Positions 1 through 9,127 of a stretch of DNA of 29,776 nt are shown in pieces. Origin of the DNA: Candidatus Poribacteria bacterium (GTDB lineage: Bacteria; Poribacteria; DTPJ01; WJIO01); the NCBI GenBank assembly GCA_014730235.1, contig WJIO01000186.1, positions 1 through 29,776 on the forward strand. The letters run 5' to 3'. The notes beneath the pieces are model-generated. The model saw only the letters and a program-made list of their open reading frames with translations. It did no database searches and was not told the origin of the DNA. The position numbers and the translations under genes were made by a program. Within the stretch, counting starts at the first letter, position 1. Every line of letters begins with the position of its first letter.

Positions 1-340
1 ATACTGTATATGTTGATGGTATATAATCACTAAAATGTGAAAGAACCCATGTATTTTCTACTTGGAAAGAAAATGCCTGTAAAGTAAATGAGGACATAAG
101 AAAAGCGAACGCGATAAAAAAAATTAAAAAAAGAGGGTTCTTTCTATAATTAAATAAAAAAATGCTTCCTGATATTAACGCGGTAATATAAAAAACTTGA
201 ATAGGATAATTTATAGAAATTAATGGAAAAATTAATACTCCCAATAATAGCAAAACTAATAGAATTGGATAATTAACTAAACGTTGATTTCCTTTAAACC
301 AATACCTCATATACTCAGCAAAATTATTATTATACCACAT
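1..340 (-). CDS. Partial ORF for a polytopic membrane protein, candidate Wzy/EpsG-like polysaccharide polymerase. Only the N-terminus is in the window; the ORF runs off the left edge.
   Basis: I translated the reverse complement of 1-340 by hand: 113 codons with no stop, starting at ATG (rc of 338-340), with a second in-frame ATG at rc of 308-310. The sequence is MWYNNNFAEYMRYWFKGNQRLVNYPILLVLLLLGVLIFPLISINYPIQVFYITALISGSIFLFNYRKNPLFLIFFIAFAFLMSSFTLQAFSFQVENTWVLSHFSDYIPSTYTV. It is very hydrophobic and aromatic-rich, like Wzy/EpsG. The ORF is absent from the supplied track because it is edge-truncated. An open frame this long is unlikely by chance in AT-rich DNA. It overlaps the wzx 3' end by 11 nt. 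Confidence 0.4.
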   Translation of the reverse strand, partial: MWYNNNFAEYMRYWFKGNQRLVNYPILLVLLLLGVLIFPLISINYPIQVFYITALISGSIFLFNYRKNPLFLIFFIAFAFLMSSFTLQAFSFQVENTWVLSHFSDYIPSTYTV

Positions 341-1799
341 TAAGAAATTTCCCACTTAACTTTGCCTTAACAATTTTTCGTAGACCGAGATCAAGACGGT
401 AAAGTATATATATATAAGCAATAGTTCCGATTCCAGCATTGATAATAACAACAAATACATTACTATAAATCCACACAAAAATTCCAGCAGGTAACAGCAA
501 AATAACCGAAAGTCCTATATACTTTAAAAGTAAGATGATACTCCAGGAAAAAGAAACATTATTATGACTAAACAATGAAAACAATAATATGATATATAGA
601 ACTCCATTTAAAATACCAAAACAAGCTAAGGCTGTTCGTGGTCCTCCTATTTTTGCTCCTAAAAAAAGACCAACCAATCGTGAGGAAACAAAGGCACATT
701 CCCATATAAGAATTTTTTTCTGACTCTGGCTTACTAAAAAAGAATGGGTAATGGGGGATACGATGAATTCAAATAGCATATATCCACTTAATATGCTTGT
801 GTAAACGCCTGCTTCAATCCATCTCTCACCGAAAATTCTGAATAATGCTGGAGCCAAAATACCTAAAGCAGCAATAGGAAAAACACCAATTTGGACTAAT
901 CGCTTGAATATGTTACTCATTATATCCGTCATATTCCCGGTTTCCCTGTAACTCTCAGCAGCAGCGGGAAGAAATACCTGGGCAACGGATTGGGCCATGA
1001 CCAATGTGGGAAGACCTATAAGTCTATAACCTAGAGAATAATAACCTACCACAGTAGTTGAATAAAATACACCAAGAATCATTGGCGGTAATTGACCGCG
1101 TATCGCATTAATTAATGCTGACCATGTATTATATATAGGAAATTTTTTATGAATTTTTGCCTGTAACCAAAGACCTGATAAAGTAATTCGGGATTTTCTA
1201 ATGTCATTGATTAATAATTTGCCCAGAATAAGTAAAATCATTACAAATGCGCATACCCAACCGACAACATATCCGACTATCAGACCAATTGATTGTGATC
1301 CAATCGTCAAACCAAATGCAGATGCAACAATCACAACTGAGAATGCCAAAGCAAATTCAGCCCAGGCTATAGAACCAAATCTATTTTTATATGAAACCCA
1401 GTATTTAAGCGCATTGTAAAAACCTATGGCAAAAGCCGCCAACGGTAAAAACCATAATAATATGTTTAACTCAGGAGCTTTATAGCGCAATGCGATGCTG
1501 GTTTTAACTAAGGGTATTATGATCAGGACAAGAATCGCAAAGACAAAAGCCAGTATAACACTTAAGACAAAGTTTTTACCGGCTTTTTCATCATTTTCCC
1601 CTAATGGTATAGATAAATCGTATCTGAAACAAGAAATCAAACCCAAAATAGCAGCGATTGAGACAAATATCTGACGAACACCAAAAACTTCTGGTGAGAA
1701 TAAACGCGTAAGTATTAAAGAACCAATGAGATTTATTACCTGGGCTCCTAATCTTCCGAAAACTAATTTTGTTATATTGGAACCCAGATTTTTACTCAT
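330..1799 (-). CDS. wzx: Wzx-type polysaccharide/O-unit flippase (MOP superfamily, polysaccharide biosynthesis protein family)
   Basis: 489 aa and hydrophobic throughout, with roughly 12-14 predicted helices. The N-terminus (MSKNLGSNITKLVFGRLGAQVINLIGSLILTRLF) is typical of the Wzx/RfbX family. The start overlaps the stop of the upstream aminotransferase as TAATG. Confidence 0.8.
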   Translation of the reverse strand: MSKNLGSNITKLVFGRLGAQVINLIGSLILTRLFSPEVFGVRQIFVSIAAILGLISCFRYDLSIPLGENDEKAGKNFVLSVILAFVFAILVLIIIPLVKTSIALRYKAPELNILLWFLPLAAFAIGFYNALKYWVSYKNRFGSIAWAEFALAFSVVIVASAFGLTIGSQSIGLIVGYVVGWVCAFVMILLILGKLLINDIRKSRITLSGLWLQAKIHKKFPIYNTWSALINAIRGQLPPMILGVFYSTTVVGYYSLGYRLIGLPTLVMAQSVAQVFLPAAAESYRETGNMTDIMSNIFKRLVQIGVFPIAALGILAPALFRIFGERWIEAGVYTSILSGYMLFEFIVSPITHSFLVSQSQKKILIWECAFVSSRLVGLFLGAKIGGPRTALACFGILNGVLYIILLFSLFSHNNVSFSWSIILLLKYIGLSVILLLPAGIFVWIYSNVFVVIINAGIGTIAYIYILYRLDLGLRKIVKAKLSGKFLNVV

Positions 1800-2905
1800 T
1801 ATTTAACAAGATAATCTTTTATTGCATTTACTATCTGTTCTTGTTGACTTTTGGTTACTTCAGAATATATTGGCAATGCCAGAACCTCATCTGCTGTCTT
1901 TTCCGAAACAGGAAGCTGACCCTTCTGATAACCTAACTCTTGATAACAATCCTGCAAATGCAAAGGGATGGGATAATATATCTGAGTGCTTATCTCATTT
2001 TTATTAAGATATTCTTTTAGGTTGTCTCTGTCTTTAACACCGACGACATACTGGTGATAAATATGGTAATTATATTCATGACAGAAAGGAGTAACCACAT
2101 CTGCTAAATCTGTCAACAGGGAATTATATAGATCGGCATTTTTTCTCCTGGATTCATTCCACTGGTCAATATATTTTAGCTTTGCCAGAAGAACGGCAGC
2201 CTGGATAGCGTCAAGACGACTGTTAAGACCTACTACAGAATGATTATATTTAATTTTGCTACCATGAACCCTCAGCATCCTTACTTTTTTTTCCAGTTCT
2301 TTATTATTAGTCAATACCATACCACCATCACCATATCCACCCAGGTTTTTTGTGGGGAAAAAGCTTAAGCAACCAAGATGTCCTATGGAACCAGCCATTC
2401 TGCCTTTATATTTAGCTCCGATTGCCTGGGCAGCATCCTCGATCACGTATAAATTATTTTTTTCGGCAATTTCCATTATCGGATCCATATCAGCGCATTG
2501 ACCGTATAGATGAACCGGAATTATGGCTTTTGTTTTCTCTGTAATCTTATCTGCTATTAGCTGAGGATTGATATTGTATGTCTTTGGATCTATATCTACA
2601 AAAACAGGTTTTGCCCCTAAACGTGAAATAGAACCGGCTGTGGCAAAAAATGTAAATGGAGTTGTTATAACTTCATCCCCATGACCAATATCCAGAGCCA
2701 TCAGGGATAATAATAAAGCATCTGTTCCTGATGCAACCCCAATCCCATGTTTTATTTGGCAGTAATCAGCTATCCGCTCTTCCAATTCTCCCACTTTTGG
2801 CCCCAGAACGAAATATTGGCTTTCAACTACTTCGGAAATAGCCTGATCAATTTCTTCTTTTATACTTTTGTATTGTTTTACCAGGTCAATAAAGGGTACT
2901 GACAT
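1799..2905 (-). CDS. DegT/DnrJ/EryC1/StrS-family PLP-dependent sugar aminotransferase
   Basis: 368 aa. It begins with the family-typical ...PFIDLVKQYKSIKEEIDQAISEVVESQYFVLGPKVGELEERIA... Glycine-rich PLP-binding segments (GVASGTDALLL, DAAQAIGAKYKGRMAGSIGHLGCLSFFPTKNLGGYGDGG) match nucleotide-sugar 3-/4-aminotransferases. Confidence 0.85.
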   Translation of the reverse strand: MSVPFIDLVKQYKSIKEEIDQAISEVVESQYFVLGPKVGELEERIADYCQIKHGIGVASGTDALLLSLMALDIGHGDEVITTPFTFFATAGSISRLGAKPVFVDIDPKTYNINPQLIADKITEKTKAIIPVHLYGQCADMDPIMEIAEKNNLYVIEDAAQAIGAKYKGRMAGSIGHLGCLSFFPTKNLGGYGDGGMVLTNNKELEKKVRMLRVHGSKIKYNHSVVGLNSRLDAIQAAVLLAKLKYIDQWNESRRKNADLYNSLLTDLADVVTPFCHEYNYHIYHQYVVGVKDRDNLKEYLNKNEISTQIYYPIPLHLQDCYQELGYQKGQLPVSEKTADEVLALPIYSEVTKSQQEQIVNAIKDYLVK

Positions 2906-2936
2906 GTAATAACCTCTTAATCAAAATTATTATATA

Positions 2937-3536
2937 CTAATCTATACGTTTAACGTGAGAATCTTTCTTTTCATATTTTTTCTTACAATTATGACATTCA
3001 GCAAATCCATCATCATCAACAGGATTTCCATGACTAAAAATTAGCTTTTCACCACATTCACACATCCAACCGGCTATACGGGTTGCGTTACCATAAACAA
3101 GGGCGTAATCGGGAACATCTTTAGTCACCACAGCTCCTGCACCAACGAAGGCGTATCTTCCAACATTATGGCCACATATTACGGTAGCATTAGCTCCGAT
3201 TGTTGCACCTTCCCTGATGAGTGTTGGGCTGTATTCATCTATGTCCCTGCGTATTTCTGCCCGGGGATTAATTACATTGGTAAAAACCATAGAAGGACCG
3301 CAAAACACGTTATCCTCTATAGTTACCATGTCATAAACTGACACGTTGTTCTGAATTCTTACATTATTGCCTATTTTCGCTTTTCCACTGATAAATACAT
3401 TCTGTCCCAAGACGCAATTTTCACCAATTTGTGCATTACTCATGACATGGCAAAAATGCCATATTTTTGTGCCTTTGCCAATATTTGCGCCTTCATCAAC
3501 TATGGCAGAATCATGAATGAAATATTCGCCGCTCAA
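2937..3536 (-). CDS. Left-handed beta-helix (hexapeptide-repeat) sugar N-acetyltransferase (QdtC/WxcM/PglD-like) with a C-terminal CxC...CxxC zinc-ribbon-like tail
   Basis: 199 aa. Hexapeptide repeats are visible: [52 protein letters not shown]. The C-terminus reads [28 protein letters not shown]. The gene sits next to the DegT aminotransferase, as in N-acetyl-amino-sugar pathways. Confidence 0.8.
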   Translation of the reverse strand: MSGEYFIHDSAIVDEGANIGKGTKIWHFCHVMSNAQIGENCVLGQNVFISGKAKIGNNVRIQNNVSVYDMVTIEDNVFCGPSMVFTNVINPRAEIRRDIDEYSPTLIREGATIGANATVICGHNVGRYAFVGAGAVVTKDVPDYALVYGNATRIAGWMCECGEKLIFSHGNPVDDDGFAECHNCKKKYEKKDSHVKRID

Positions 3537-3570
3537 TATATACCTCCATCACAGATAAGAGATTTTCAAA

Positions 3571-4173
3571 CTATAAATAACCAAGAGATTTTAACCTTTG
3601 TTTAATTTTTTCTTCCTCTTCAGAATCATAAGCAAGAGATTCTGAAGCTGGGGGAATAAGTCCTGCCAATTCCAAATATCTTATGATTTTCTCGGCACTT
3701 TCTTCTACATTTTCTTTATCTGTGTCCACTATAATTGTCGGATTTTCTGGTTCTTCATACGGGTCTGATATACCAGTGAAGTTTTTTATTTCACCAGACA
3801 AGGCTTTTTTATACATACCCTTTACATCCCTCTCAATACATACTTCCACTGGACATCTTACAAAGACCTCAATGAAATTATCAATCCCGACTTTAATTTG
3901 TTCACGAACTTCACGATATGGGGAGACAAAAGCAGCAATAACAGCCACGCCATTTCTGGAAAGCAGTTTAGCTATGAATCCCATACGACTTATGTGGGTA
4001 TCCCTGTCTTTCTTACTGAATCCTAAGTCCTTGCTTAAGTGAGTCCGAACTTCATCACCATCCAGAGATTCCACGTTAAGGCCTCTGTTCCTTAGTTCTT
4101 TTTCAATTATTTCCGCAATAGTGGTCTTTCCTGAGCACGGAAGACCAGTAAACCATAGAGTAAATCCTGACAT
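3571..4173 (-). CDS. cysC: Adenylyl-sulfate (APS) kinase
   Basis: 200 aa. The P-loop is FTGLPCSGKTTIAEIIE. The motif LDGDEVRTHLSKDLGFSKKDRDTHISRMGFIAKLLSRNGV is characteristic of CysC. Confidence 0.9.
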   Translation of the reverse strand: MSGFTLWFTGLPCSGKTTIAEIIEKELRNRGLNVESLDGDEVRTHLSKDLGFSKKDRDTHISRMGFIAKLLSRNGVAVIAAFVSPYREVREQIKVGIDNFIEVFVRCPVEVCIERDVKGMYKKALSGEIKNFTGISDPYEEPENPTIIVDTDKENVEESAEKIIRYLELAGLIPPASESLAYDSEEEEKIKQRLKSLGYL

Positions 4174-4196
4174 AGTTATATCTCCAGTTGTTGTTA

Positions 4197-5594
4197 TTAA
4201 AAATCAATAACCTTTCCCTGCATATCATCAGGTATAGATATATTCATCAATTTCAAAATTGTAGGAGCGCAGTCCATAACATGGATATCAGTAATTTTAC
4301 CACTTACTTTGCTATTTGGTACGCTCATTATAAACATGCCGTATTGAGCGTGGTTGGCATCATCCGGACCTGTATCGTTTTCAAAGGTATGTATGGTTTT
4401 TAACCCCACACTACCAACCGAACGCCATGAAAGATCGCCAAAATATATTATAAGATCTGGCGGGATACCTTTACAGACTTTATATATATCCTGAGGTTTA
4501 AATACTTTCGTTCCTATGGGATTACCTTTGTCATCTCCCAGGTCTTTGAGCTTTTCTGTCAATTCATCCCTGATTTTTTCATAGTCCATCTGAGGAACAA
4601 TTCCCCTGGGTTCCCTATCTTTTACATTGAGAAAAACTCGGGCGTAATAGCCACCTTCACCCCATGCACGAGTGTTTTCCCAATCAATATTTTCACTAGC
4701 TAGACGGGTTACCTCATCAGGATATTCCTTTAATTTCAGATAACCTTCCTGGATCATCCATTCGTTTATACATATTCCGCCATCCATAGGCTTTACTCCA
4801 TGATCCGATACTACTATAACCGCGGTATCTTCTCCGGCAGTTTCAATGAGGTCACCAGCAATTTCATCGAGATATTCATAGTATTCTCTGGCTATGTCCT
4901 TATATTTTGTGGGTATATAATCCCTGTGGTTTTCGTCAATAAAGCGCCAGAGTCCATGATGAAGCCTATCAGGTCCCATCTCTACCATCATAAAGAAATC
5001 CCAATCACTTGTTGTCATAAGGTGTTTCGCGACTTTATGGCGTTTTTCTGTCATCTCGAATATTTCATTAACGATCTGAGCTTTGTCGTCAGTTCTGAAA
5101 TTTTCTACATCCAGCATATATCCATCAGCTATCCGTTCCACTTCCTGTTTTAATTCCGGAGGATATGTATATTCGCTTTCGGTGCTGGGAGTCAGGAAAG
5201 ATGTTACCATACATCCATTAAGGGGTTTTGGTGGGTAAGTTTGGGGAACTCCGATAATAATGGAGTTTTTGTCGTGTTTTGAAAGAATATCCCAAACTGT
5301 GTTTTCTTTTACCATAGTTGAGTTGGCGATGGACATTCCATCATATGAGTGATCAGGTCTATTTCTAAAACCATAGAAACCTAGAGTTCCGGGATCTTTG
5401 CTGGTCATCATAGACATCCATGCCGGGCATGTAATAGCGGGTATAGTGCTTTCGATTTCTCCATAAATTCCATTATCCATAAGCTTCTTCATATTTGGCA
5501 TATCATCGAGATATTTGTCAAAAACCAATTGAGGCGCGCCACAGTCCCAACCTATTACCAGAACTTTCTTTATTTTCTTTCTTCTTTTAAACAT
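4197..5594 (-). CDS. Alkaline-phosphatase-superfamily protein, type I phosphodiesterase / nucleotide pyrophosphatase-like, soluble. It sits between sat and cysC.
   Basis: 465 aa. The N-terminal core VLVIGWDCGAPQLV...TIPAITCPAWMSMMTS resembles the metal-binding and nucleophile region of the NPP/AlkP fold, and VVSDHG is the conserved DHG metal ligand. The start overlaps the sat stop as TAATG. No TM segment is present. Confidence 0.6.
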   Translation of the reverse strand: MFKRRKKIKKVLVIGWDCGAPQLVFDKYLDDMPNMKKLMDNGIYGEIESTIPAITCPAWMSMMTSKDPGTLGFYGFRNRPDHSYDGMSIANSTMVKENTVWDILSKHDKNSIIIGVPQTYPPKPLNGCMVTSFLTPSTESEYTYPPELKQEVERIADGYMLDVENFRTDDKAQIVNEIFEMTEKRHKVAKHLMTTSDWDFFMMVEMGPDRLHHGLWRFIDENHRDYIPTKYKDIAREYYEYLDEIAGDLIETAGEDTAVIVVSDHGVKPMDGGICINEWMIQEGYLKLKEYPDEVTRLASENIDWENTRAWGEGGYYARVFLNVKDREPRGIVPQMDYEKIRDELTEKLKDLGDDKGNPIGTKVFKPQDIYKVCKGIPPDLIIYFGDLSWRSVGSVGLKTIHTFENDTGPDDANHAQYGMFIMSVPNSKVSGKITDIHVMDCAPTILKLMNISIPDDMQGKVIDF

Positions 5595-6757
5595 TAAGCT
5601 ACCCCTCGGCTTGCCTTCATTAATATCTGAGCAACTTCAGGACGTGTAAATTCTTCCGGTAAGTCTTTACCTTCTGACAGCATTCCCCGTACTTTTGTTC
5701 CACTCAGAAAAACATGTGATTCTTTTCCATGAGGGCAGGTTTTCCCTGTAGCCATGCCGTCACATTCCTTACAGTAGAAGGCGTGTTCAAATTTTAGCGG
5801 TATAATACCTATTTCTTCAGGCTTAAACTCATCAAAAATTTTCTGTGCATCGTAAGTGCCATAATAATTAGCCACACCAGCATGATCTCTACCTACGATA
5901 AAGTGTGTGCATCCGTAATTTTTTCTTGCTATGGCATGGAGGATTGCCTCTTTTGGACCTGCGTATCTCATAGCTGCGGGAAATACCGACATTACTGTGC
6001 GGTTTTTGGGATAATATTTTTCCAGTATTATCCTGTAACATTCTATGCGTACATCGGCAGGAATATCATCTTTTTTTGTTGCCCCTACCAGGGGATGAAG
6101 CAAAAGACCATCCACAGTTTCCAGAGCGCATTTCTGGATATATTCATGAGCCCGGTGTATTGGATTGCGCGTCTGAAAAGCCACAACACTGCTCCAGCCT
6201 TTATAATGGAAAAGAAGCCTTGTTTCCTTTGGGTCAAGCAGCACGCCCTCTATCTCACCATGATCCGGACGGTTAATCATTACGACATTACCGGCCAAAA
6301 GCACATCACCCTTCTCATATAAAGCTGCAACTCCGGGATGGGCAATATCTGTCGTTCCATAAACGACTTGCGCTTCTTTTTCCCTGTCATAATCGTATTT
6401 CTCATCCAGATATAAGACACCCATCACCTCTCCATTTTGGTCACAAAGTGCTACATCGTTATCCAGGGCATATTTACTTGCATCGTCTTTACTTACAGCC
6501 AGAGTTATTGGGATAGTCCAAGGACAGCCGCTTGCCAGTCGGTTATTTTCAAGTACGCTATTATAATCTTTTTGACCCATAAAGCCTTCAAGAGGACTGA
6601 AAGCTCCTATGGAGATCATCTCCAGATCTGAGATTTCCCTCTTATTTAATGTAACTTTTTCCATACCCGGAATCCGTTCAATTAGATAATCCCGAACAGG
6701 CCCTTCACCAATACTGTTGATTAGCTTGCCGCCGTGCGGATCGATCAAATGCTTCAT
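5594..6757 (-). CDS. sat: Sulfate adenylyltransferase (ATP sulfurylase)
   Basis: 387 aa. It contains the diagnostic QTRNPIHRAHE and GRDHAG motifs and an N-terminal PUA-like domain. Confidence 0.9.
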   Translation of the reverse strand: MKHLIDPHGGKLINSIGEGPVRDYLIERIPGMEKVTLNKREISDLEMISIGAFSPLEGFMGQKDYNSVLENNRLASGCPWTIPITLAVSKDDASKYALDNDVALCDQNGEVMGVLYLDEKYDYDREKEAQVVYGTTDIAHPGVAALYEKGDVLLAGNVVMINRPDHGEIEGVLLDPKETRLLFHYKGWSSVVAFQTRNPIHRAHEYIQKCALETVDGLLLHPLVGATKKDDIPADVRIECYRIILEKYYPKNRTVMSVFPAAMRYAGPKEAILHAIARKNYGCTHFIVGRDHAGVANYYGTYDAQKIFDEFKPEEIGIIPLKFEHAFYCKECDGMATGKTCPHGKESHVFLSGTKVRGMLSEGKDLPEEFTRPEVAQILMKASRGVA

Positions 6758-6760
6758 CTA

Positions 6761-8656
6761 TTACCCCTTATGTTTTATACGAGTAAAATTTAAGACAGTG
6801 CCAATAACATTACTTCCGGAATTTTCTAATATCCCCTGGGTATCGTTTACATATTCTCTGTTAGTGGTATCTGCCTTTATCACAAGGATAGTAGCATCAA
6901 CTTTTGAGCCAATAGCTGCTGGGATAGCAGACGATGCCAGAGATTGGGAATCAAAAATTACTATATCGAAATTATTTGTTATATCTTCTAATATGCGATC
7001 AAAATGGGAAGATGAAAAATATGAAGAATTAGTATTGTATTCACTTCTACCTGATGTCATAACGCTTAATCCATCTGTTTCTGTTAAAGTAATTGCATCA
7101 TCCCAATCTGAATTTCCCTCCAGAATATCAAATAATCCCTGTTTCTGGTCTAATTCCATAATCCTGTCTACATCCGGTGTTTTATTATCAGAATCAATCA
7201 GTAATACCTTAAGATCTGACAAAGCAAAGCACAATGCCAGATTTGCAGAAACTGAGGTTTTACCTTCACCGTCCAGAGAACTTGTGACAAGTAAAGTTAA
7301 ACCTTTTGACTTATTCTTTAATATTTCAATTTTTGCCGTTGTTTCTAAATATAGCATATCATAGGAGTTTTTGTAAAGATCATTGAGCTTTCCGGGGGGT
7401 ATTTTATTGATAATTGTTTCTTTTATTTCATGGTGGTTTCTTAGCCTGGGGATAACTCCCAGAACAGGCAGATTCAAAGATTCAGCTAGTGATTTTGGGT
7501 CATGAATTGTTTTATCTGTAAATATTTTAAAGAAGGCAAGAGTTAATCCTAAAAATCCACCGGCCAGAATACTTGCGGCAAATATTATTTTTCTTTTAGG
7601 TTTGCTGGGATATAAAGGTTCTGCCGCTTCTTCTATGATCTCAGTGGTGTTTCGCTGCATTATATGTTGGGCCTTTAACTCTTCGTGCTTTGTTACAAGA
7701 AGACTGTAAACCTGTTGATTAAAAACCACCTCAGCCGCCAATTCAGTCAGACCAAATTGCTTATTATATTTCTCAAAGGCCTTTTCCTCTTCTTCTTTAA
7801 GCCTTTCTCTGGTTTCCTTCAATTGGGCTTTTAAATTTACGACTTTTGGATCACTAGGAGGGTAACTTTTTTTTAACACATCCAGTTCTATTTCCAATTC
7901 CATTACAGCCGATCTGAGCTTTGCAATGGTCTGGGGTACTTCCGGAATCATAAACTTAGAACTATCGCCGCCTATTTGATTTCCCGCACCTATTAATAAA
8001 GGACTAAAAGCAGTTGGGATACCCTCACCTGTTTCATTTTGGTACAGCCGGTTTCTTGAATCTACCAGTTCACCCTTTACTTCCTTAAGTTTATTTTCCA
8101 TTTGTGTGATTAATTCATTCCAGGCTTTTTGTTGAGATTTATTGGCAAAATCTATATACTCAATGGCAACCTGGTCTGTAATTTCTTTTGCTTCCTTGGG
8201 TGTATCCCCTGCCGCTGATATATCTATTAAATTTGTCCTTCCTCTTTGTCTAACTTCAAGGTTTTCCTGAAATTTATTTATAATCATCCGCATGTCCATA
8301 TCGGTGTTTTTTGGCTTCTTATCCAGCCCGAGCTCCTTTATTACCTTTTCTGATATAGTTCTGCTTTTGATTATTTCCACTTCTGTGGTAACATCCCCGG
8401 CCTGTCCGATAGGTAAAAACGCCCCAAGGGCAGCAGCCAACCCACCTCCGGATTGTGTTGGAATCTTTATGACCGCTTTGGATGTATATTGTCTTGGTGT
8501 AACCAGGAGAAATATCAGGGTTGCACTTACAACAATCCCAAAAGGTATAATGATTAACCACTTTCTCCTTAACAATTCGTTCCAATATTCACTTAATCGG
8601 ATTTCCTTTTCTCCAGTATATTCAGGCATTTGACCTGATGGAGATGGTGATTTCAT
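6761..8656 (-). CDS. wzc: Wzc/ExoP-like polysaccharide co-polymerase: an N-terminal Wzz chain-length domain fused to a C-terminal BY-kinase/CapB-like P-loop ATPase. It lacks the C-terminal tyrosine cluster.
   Basis: 631 aa. It has an N-terminal TM segment, a long coiled-coil periplasmic region, then a second TM segment. Walker A is LLVTSSLDGEGKTSVSANLA and Walker A' is VLLIDSD. The C-terminus ...VLNFTRIKHKG has no Tyr-rich tail. Confidence 0.8.
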   Translation of the reverse strand: MKSPSPSGQMPEYTGEKEIRLSEYWNELLRRKWLIIIPFGIVVSATLIFLLVTPRQYTSKAVIKIPTQSGGGLAAALGAFLPIGQAGDVTTEVEIIKSRTISEKVIKELGLDKKPKNTDMDMRMIINKFQENLEVRQRGRTNLIDISAAGDTPKEAKEITDQVAIEYIDFANKSQQKAWNELITQMENKLKEVKGELVDSRNRLYQNETGEGIPTAFSPLLIGAGNQIGGDSSKFMIPEVPQTIAKLRSAVMELEIELDVLKKSYPPSDPKVVNLKAQLKETRERLKEEEEKAFEKYNKQFGLTELAAEVVFNQQVYSLLVTKHEELKAQHIMQRNTTEIIEEAAEPLYPSKPKRKIIFAASILAGGFLGLTLAFFKIFTDKTIHDPKSLAESLNLPVLGVIPRLRNHHEIKETIINKIPPGKLNDLYKNSYDMLYLETTAKIEILKNKSKGLTLLVTSSLDGEGKTSVSANLALCFALSDLKVLLIDSDNKTPDVDRIMELDQKQGLFDILEGNSDWDDAITLTETDGLSVMTSGRSEYNTNSSYFSSSHFDRILEDITNNFDIVIFDSQSLASSAIPAAIGSKVDATILVIKADTTNREYVNDTQGILENSGSNVIGTVLNFTRIKHKG

Positions 8657-8743
8657 TATAATATACTCTCCGGAAGATTAGCTTGCAGGATTAACCGGGG
8701 TATGTCAATACTTCCATAACAAAAGGACGGAAATTTAAAATAT

Positions 8744-8974
8744 TTAACCTTGCTCTTCCTGGAGCGAGGTTTTTGAGTTAGAAAGTTTTTCAACATACCA
8801 CTCTTCAAAATCTTTCTTGCGTATTATGTAGCTACCTTCTATTTTAACCGCAGGTAGTTTCCCCTCTCTACACCAACGTTGTATGGTTGCAAGATTTTTT
8901 TTGAGAGCTTGGGCCAATTGTTTTGTTGTAAGAAATTCATCCTCAAATACAGGTGGGTTCACCATAACCTCCAT
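8744..8974 (-). CDS. Small HTH DNA-binding protein (excisionase/HTH_17-like) upstream of the polysaccharide operon
   Basis: 76 aa. The segment LTTKQLAQALKKNLATIQRWCREGKLPAVKIEGSYIIRKKDFEEWY matches the excisionase-family HTH. It lies 87 bp upstream of wzc on the same strand. Confidence 0.55.
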   Translation of the reverse strand: MEVMVNPPVFEDEFLTTKQLAQALKKNLATIQRWCREGKLPAVKIEGSYIIRKKDFEEWYVEKLSNSKTSLQEEQG

Positions 8975-9127
8975 CTCAGTATCTGTTGAATCTAATCAGG
9001 TGTTATGTGTCAAAAAACGTCGCAAATAATAAGTTATTTCAACCCACAAAAGTATACATAAGTTTATGCCTCATGTCAATGATATATTTAACTTACATAA
9101 ATTTTTTATTATCCGGGATATTTAAAA

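Noticed and set aside
3683-4042. 119-aa plus-strand ORF
   Set aside because: It is antisense within cysC, which carries diagnostic APS-kinase motifs.
4800-6322. Plus-strand ORFs of 117, 146 and 66 aa
   Set aside because: All are embedded antisense in the AlkP-like and sat genes, and sat has the QTRNPIHRAHE and GRDHAG motifs. They have no start context.
6717-7364. 215-aa plus-strand ORF
   Set aside because: It lies entirely antisense to the well-supported wzc-like gene, has low-complexity hydrophobic/Ser-rich composition, and no RBS. It is a typical shadow ORF of an AT-rich coding region.
8292-8633. 113-aa plus-strand and 88-aa minus-strand ORFs near the wzc 5' end
   Set aside because: They overlap the wzc N-terminal TM/periplasmic region in other frames and have no independent support.
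8744-8974. Excisionase-family HTH as the marker of an integrated mobile element
   Set aside because: There is no integrase, recombinase, att-like direct repeats or phage genes anywhere in the window. A stand-alone HTH_17-like regulator upstream of the EPS operon is the simpler reading.
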